A stretch of 64,000 nucleotides of DNA from Eledone cirrhosa (lineage: Eukaryota): positions 80,786,001-80,850,000 of the forward strand of contig OZ024747.1 in assembly GCA_964016885.1 (NCBI GenBank), written 5' to 3'. A program made the translations under genes and the position numbers. The notes under the pieces are model-generated. The model had not been told where the DNA came from and did not search any database. It saw nothing but the letters and a program-made list of their open reading frames with translations. Each line of letters opens with the position of its first letter. The stretch's first letter is position 1. Positions 58,091-64,000 of this stretch are shown one piece after another.

Positions 58091-58625
58091 CACACATGTA
58101 CACACATTCATACATACATATACGGATATATACAAAGGATATATGATAAAGTAATACAAAAAGAATAATAGTAATAAAATGCATATATACTCCATATACA
58201 ATCATCCGTACACATTCCTGTGAGATGCACATAAACACATACATGTATGCACCAATACACATACAAATATATAGAGGCCCACATATGCATAGACCCGCAC
58301 CCACACACATATATATATATACACACACTTACGCACCCACGTACACACACCTACTCATACTTAGCTATACGTACATACGCACACATATATACATATACAT
58401 ACATATATATATTTATATATACACACATATATATATACATACATACACACACACTCTGCCACATGCATACATACATGCACATGTCTGCACATACACGCGC
58501 TCATAAGCTCATGCATACACGCACCCATGCCCATATACACACCCCGTACACATCCACGTATATATATATATATATATATCTACATACACACACACATACA
58601 TATACCTACGCACAGGTCGACACAT
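57340..58625. repeat. Degenerate CA/TA-rich simple-sequence region
   Basis: Low-complexity purine-pyrimidine alternation; the His/Thr/Tyr-rich ORFs here are artefacts. Confidence 0.9.
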
Positions 58626-58656
58626 AAAGACACCCGAATATAAACACAATATGATA

Positions 58657-58735
58657 ATAAAATAAAATAAAATAAAATAAAATAAAATAAAATAAAATAA
58701 AATAAAATAAAATAAAATAAAAAAAATAAATAAAT
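58657..58735. repeat. (TAAAA)n microsatellite
   Basis: Directly visible. Confidence 0.95.
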
Positions 58736-59419
58736 TTACAATATTTTAGGATACACTAAATGTAACTTCATAAATAGGTACATGAAAAAAGGGGTAAAAT
58801 AAAAAACGGGGGGTGGTACAGGAGAAGGTGCGTGTATCCATGTGATATACTACACAGAGGTAGTATGAGGTGCAAACTTGGGTCCGTATATAGAACAAGT
58901 AACAGTAACAGAACAATAATAGTACAATAATGACAGTAATAATCATTGTTCCAAAGTGGAACATGTGGCGAGTATATAGTCACGATTGACGGGGTACACA
59001 CCCCGGCCCGGTCGCCATGGGGCATGGCACCGTGGCTGGGGTGTGCTGTTCTATATGTTTGGGGTATCGGACCGGGTGGCACTGGGCCCCGTGTTAGCCG
59101 GTCTCGGCCCATGCGATGTATCTTCCAATGTTGTGTGCTCGGTCAGGTGCGCCCCTGGTTTACATATGTTTGCCTCACGGGTCGCACACCGTCATCAGGG
59201 CATGGCGTCTATTATTTACTTGATTATTGTGCCATATGCTTCGTACAAACTGGCATTACAACTGCAATACAACCTCCATGCAGGAAACTGTATTGTCATT
59301 CATACATATATCCATATGTAATTATATATGTATATATGTATGACTGTATGTATGTAAATATGTATGTGTGTACTTACATTACATACATGGGTAATTATTT
59401 ACACATATCTTTAAAGTTA

Positions 59420-59720
59420 TGTTTTTAACCCGATTAATCCTGGGTGGGTCGTGTGGGCAGAGCCCTCAAGCGCGTCTTCCAGCAGGTTCTGGCAGAAGTA
59501 ACCGACTAAAATTCATCTGGCTAGATATCCAAGTAATACCAGTCAAGCTCATAGATGTTGTCCAACCATCTGCCAATATTTGTAGCCAGTCTATTATATT
59601 ACACCGTGTGCTATATGGCGGTATACAATATTTATAACATTGTCGCAAGAAAATTGGACGGTCACATTCATCTCTTTTATCACATTATTATCGAGCATAT
59701 ATTTGGTCTTTATGTTCTAT
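59420..59720 (-). mobile_element. Possible decayed 3' end of an RTE-type LINE
   Basis: Minus-strand fragments RWLDNIYE / LTGITW / ARTCWK...LPTRPTQD* resemble RTE C-termini; heavily frameshifted. Confidence 0.3.
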
Positions 59721-59887
59721 TTACTATGAAACCTGCAATCTTTTACCATCTGTTTTTGTCGCTCTTCGCAGTAAAATATTAATATTTCTCTGTACAGAAA
59801 TGTATTATTGACATTATAAACATTAAATGTGGTTTTCTATATGTACATACAGAGTGTTTATGTGTTTATATATACATATACATATAT

Positions 59888-59964
<77 letters not shown>

Positions 59965-60133
59965 TATATATATATTTATATATACATATGTATATATACA
60001 TATATATATACATATATATATATTTATATTTATATATATATGTATGTATATATACATACATATATATGTGTGTGTCTGTATTTATGTGTGTGTGTGTAAT
60101 CATGTATATATAATATATGGTATATGTTATATC

Positions 60134-60288
<155 letters not shown>

Positions 60289-60339
60289 ATATATAAATAT
60301 CCATATGTGGTTGACGGCTGAGATAGAGTGTTAATATGG

Positions 60340-60492
60340 ATTTTATCAAGACTAAATAGTAAGTCATGTTGCCCTGGAGTTTCGCCTGTTTATCACAGGG
60401 TCATCAGACAAGAACTGTCCTTGTTTAATGACATTGTGATAATCAAGCGAAACTCCACAGTAACAAGATTCACTATTTGGCCTTCATAAAAT
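60340..60492. ncRNA. Imperfect palindrome made of two divergent copies of a hammerhead motif
   Basis: Minus arm: CTTGT-CTGATGA-cCCTG tgataaa CAGGc-GAAACTCCA. Plus arm: CTTGT-TTAATGA-...-GAAACTCCACA-GTA-ACAAG. Confidence 0.7.
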
Positions 60493-60536
60493 GAGTATAT
60501 ATAATACAGTCGATCGAGAAGATCCCAGACCTCATT

Positions 60537-60569
<33 letters not shown>

Positions 60570-60573
<4 letters not shown>

Positions 60574-60736
60574 ATAACTTATTTTAGTTATTGTTCGCAC
60601 TGGTTTGAGGTATCTCGTCTTTAATGCGAAGAAATACCGATAATAGCCAGAAGATCACTGATGACGGATAGTCCGGGTTTCTTACTCTATTTTTTAATTC
60701 ATATGTATCACATTCGCAACAAAGCAGCACGCCATT

Positions 60737-60741
<5 letters not shown>
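60570..60741 (+). mobile_element. Diverged copy of the CACTGATGA repeat family
   Basis: TTGTTCGCAC..TGAGGTAT..TTAA.GCGA.GAAAT.CC...TCACTGATGA...TTCATATGTATC is colinear with 61235-61350. Confidence 0.65.
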
Positions 60742-60800
<59 letters not shown>

Positions 60801-60808
<8 letters not shown>

Positions 60809-61366
60809 AAGTGAGTCCTTCATCAGTGACCCTCCAACCGTCCCAGGCATTTCATCGCTTTAAGGGCCATATACCTCAGGTTGGTGCGAACAACGGCTAA
60901 AAAAACATAAGTTCTGTGAAGACGCAGACGAGAGAGAGAAATGAAATTTTTTTTCTCTCTCTCTCTCTCTCGTCTGCGTCTTCACAGAACTTATGTTTAC
61001 CGAATTCGCAGACCAGACCCCTTCTTCTTCCCCCCCGTTAGACCTGTGCGAAATTCCTTCCTCGCTCACATTTCAACCAGGTTTGATGGTCTTTATTCTC
61101 TAGTTCACGGTTTTATCGAGTTTATATTCATAGAAATCTGGGACTTGACTCTTTCTTCTCACTTTCTGTTGCCTAAACCATTTTGTTTGTTCACCCTAAC
61201 GTTCTCTTTATTTACGTGTCCCAACGACTTTTTTTAGCCGTTGTTCGCACCAACCTGAGATATATGGCCCTTAAAGCGATGAAATGCCTGGGACGGTTGG
61301 AGGGTCACTGATGAAGGACTCACTTTTTCATATGTATCCCATTTGCAACGCCGTAGCTCCATTATT

Positions 61367-61370
<4 letters not shown>
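60801..61370. mobile_element. Inverted duplication of the CACTGATGA repeat (left copy internally deleted)
   Basis: 60801-60905 is the reverse complement of ~61229-61333; 60903-60941 is the reverse complement of ~60952-60998. Confidence 0.85.
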
Positions 61371-61433
<63 letters not shown>

Positions 61434-61435
<2 letters not shown>

Positions 61436-61760
61436 TAAAATAACAGATTAAAGTTTAAGCAAAGTAAACGTGGTTCTGTCTTTGCGCGTAATTGTTTTTC
61501 ACCGCTCCTATTAATGACGTATTATATTCGTTTTTTCCCGTTCTTTGCCAGGGAACGTTTCCATGAACCAAAGTATCGTCTTCCTGTCTTACTCCGGTTG
61601 AAACGTTTTTTGAAATATCCACTTCTGCGTTTACAGATTGACTTTGTTAGATTCAGAAGATCCCGTTAAGGGTGAAAGGAGCGATTCTTTGCTTAAACTT
61701 TAATCTGTTATTTTAATAAATATTTGCTCTACGGTTCTTATATATCTGATATATATTTAT
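61434..61760 (+). mobile_element. Solo 3' terminal (pLTR-like) fragment of the second Penelope-like element, with hammerhead-like motif and a 31-bp inverted 5' tail
   Basis: 61466-61722 is near-identical to 55021-55280; 61434-61464 is the exact reverse complement of 61687-61717. Confidence 0.85.
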
Positions 61761-61806
61761 CCTTATCGAGCCCTCTTTGGATTTTAGTCCTCAAATTTAT
61801 TATTAT

Positions 61807-61870
<64 letters not shown>

Positions 61871-61875
<5 letters not shown>

Positions 61876-62986
61876 AATAGGGAGAAAAAGACGATTATTA
61901 GGAAGAAAAACATATTCTTTTCCTTTTATTTATTTATTTCTCTTTTATCTGGGTTAGAAAATGTTTTAAACAAAATATTTTACTTTGTGTGAAGTATTAA
62001 GGTATTAGTTAATTTATTTATTAATTAACAATGGCATTTATTTATTTATTTATTTATTTATTTATATATTTAATAATTCTCTATTACCGGTTTCAGCATT
62101 TTATGCATTATCAAAGGGGGGAATTTGTATTGGTATAAAATGCTGGAGAGTATTTTATGCATTATCAAAGTGGGGAATTTGTATTGTTATAAAATGTTGG
62201 AGAGAAGATAATGTGATGTTGAAGATGTTAAGGAAATGGGAAAGAAAGAATAATATTATTTACAAACAAGGTTTTTGAAGTAAAACGATAAAAGAAAAAA
62301 AGGGGATGATGTGGAACATGGTAAGGTAATGGGTAAGAAAGAATAATATTATTTACAGGCATAGTTCTTGAGGATAAGCAGTTAAAAAAGTGTTATTACG
62401 GCAAGAGCGCTTGGTTGGTCCATGATGGAAGCAAATGGCATTCTCCATAATGGACCAACCAAGCGCTCTTGCCATAATAACACTTTTTGAACTGCTTATC
62501 TTCAAGAACTATGCCTGTAAATAATATTATTCTTTCTTTCCCATTACCTTATCATGTTCCACATCACCGCCATTTTTTTCTTTTATCTTTTTACTTCAAA
62601 AACCTTGTTTGTAAATAATATTATTCTTTCTTTCCCATTTCCTTAACATCTTCAACATCACATTATCTTCTCTCCAACATTTTATAATAATACAAATTCC
62701 CCCCTTTGATAATGCATAAAATGCTCTCCAGCATTTTATACCAATACAAATTCCCCCCTTTGATAATGCATAAAATACTGAAACCGGTAATAGACAATTA
62801 TTAAATATATAAATAAATAAATGCCATTGTTAATTAATAAATAAATTAACTAATACCTTAACACTTCACACAAAGTACAATATTTTGTTTTAAACATTTT
62901 CTAACCCAGAAAAAAAGAGAAAAAATAAAAGGAAAAAAAAAAGTTTTTTTTCCTAATAATCGTCTTTTTCTCCCTCCTATTTACAT
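61871..62986. repeat. 1.1-kb foldback palindrome (arms about 550 bp, loop about 14 nt near 62430-62443)
   Basis: The arms are reverse complements from ATGTAAATAG to CTATTTACAT, centred on TTGGTCCATGATGGA...TCCATAATGGACCAA; flanked by (TA)n. Confidence 0.95.
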
Positions 62987-63027
62987 ATATATATATTCCA
63001 ACTCGTGTGCTCCTTATCCACATTTTA

Positions 63028-63065
<38 letters not shown>

Positions 63066-63076
63066 TGTGTATATGT

Positions 63077-63205
63077 GAAGGTGCGTGACTTAGTAATTAG
63101 TTTATTCGGCTCACGATGTAAATTCGTGAGATCGATTCCCAGTGGTGCGTTGTGTCCTCGAACAAGTCACTTTATTTCCCACTGTTCCAGTCTAATAAGC
63201 TCTCA
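63077..63205 (+). mobile_element. Decayed second tRNA-derived SINE family (head plus central segment)
   Basis: GGTGCGTGACTTAGTAATTAG (A-box-like), GATCGATTCCC (B-box-like), then GTTGTGTCCTCGAACAAGTCACTTTATTTC. Confidence 0.55.
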
Positions 63206-63239
63206 AAATTGAGAGGGACCAGTTATGTCACATTCTTTA

Positions 63240-63340
63240 CCCGCCGAATCTCACTGAATTAAAATTCCGCCACGGTAACTATGCTTTTTATTCTCGCAAG
63301 GTCGATTAAAAAATTACTAGTCAAGTACTGCTGTCGATCT
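63240..63340 (+). mobile_element. Decayed fragment of the first SINE family
   Basis: AATTCCGCCACGGTAACTATGCTTTTTATTCT...GTCGATTAAAAAATTACTAGT...TACTG is colinear with 48770-48840. Confidence 0.5.
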
Positions 63341-63582
63341 GTCCTCTAGTCTTCCGTCTCACCTTCCCCCTCTCTGTGGAAGAAATGGGCTGTGTTTAGA
63401 CCTGGAGAATGAATAAGCTCCGCCAGGTTTAAAGTGGCCAAAATACGGCACCCCTACGTCTTCATTATAAGTATCAGATATCACGTGTGTGTATGTAGAT
63501 ATCAACGAAATGTTTATGCCTGTTTGTAAATACTTTTAATTCGACATAGAAATATTTCAACATTCGTACGTCCGATAAATAG

Positions 63583-63641
63583 TTGTTTCAACTTTTGGCA
63601 CAATGCCACCAATTATCACAGTGGTACTTTATTTTACCGAT
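63583..63641 (-). mobile_element. Short 3' fragment of the first SINE family
   Basis: TTGTTTCAACTTTTGGCACAA...TGGTACTTTATTTTA matches 49958-50020. Confidence 0.55.
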
Positions 63642-63704
63642 AAATAATGGTCTTTAACATGAGTCTGCAACAGAGGACAGTTATTTGCAAGCTGTATGTG
63701 TATC

Positions 63705-63770
<66 letters not shown>

Positions 63771-63957
63771 TTATAGACCAAATGATCACTGAAGCCCACA
63801 ATTAAAGTAGAACCCAAAGTTAAAATCACAATGTTAAATAAAGACTTGCAATACATTTATTAAACGATACGTAAAAGTATATAGAATAATATACATACTC
63901 TATATGTACGTATGTATCATATATATATATATATGTACATATATATATATATATATA

Positions 63958-64000
<43 letters not shown>

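Overview
AT-rich, repeat-dense eukaryotic DNA. The SINE types and (TA)n/(CA)n load resemble a cephalopod (octopus-like) genome, but that assignment is recall-based inference. Positions ~401-47523 are one ~47-kb tandem satellite of a 39-bp monomer (about 1,200 copies). It carries kilobase-scale higher-order duplications and two identical 179-bp retroposon insertions. The very long ORFs in the ORF track come from this 13-codon monomer and are not treated as genes. A short 41-codon candidate exon resembling the N-terminus of animal uridine phosphorylase sits just upstream, so the array may lie inside an intron. The last 16.5 kb holds minisatellites, tRNA-derived SINEs, two GIY-YIG endonuclease remnants of Penelope-like elements without detectable reverse transcriptase, at least seven hammerhead-ribozyme-like motifs, and several large inverted repeats. 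Most of these modules are flanked by (TA)n microsatellites.
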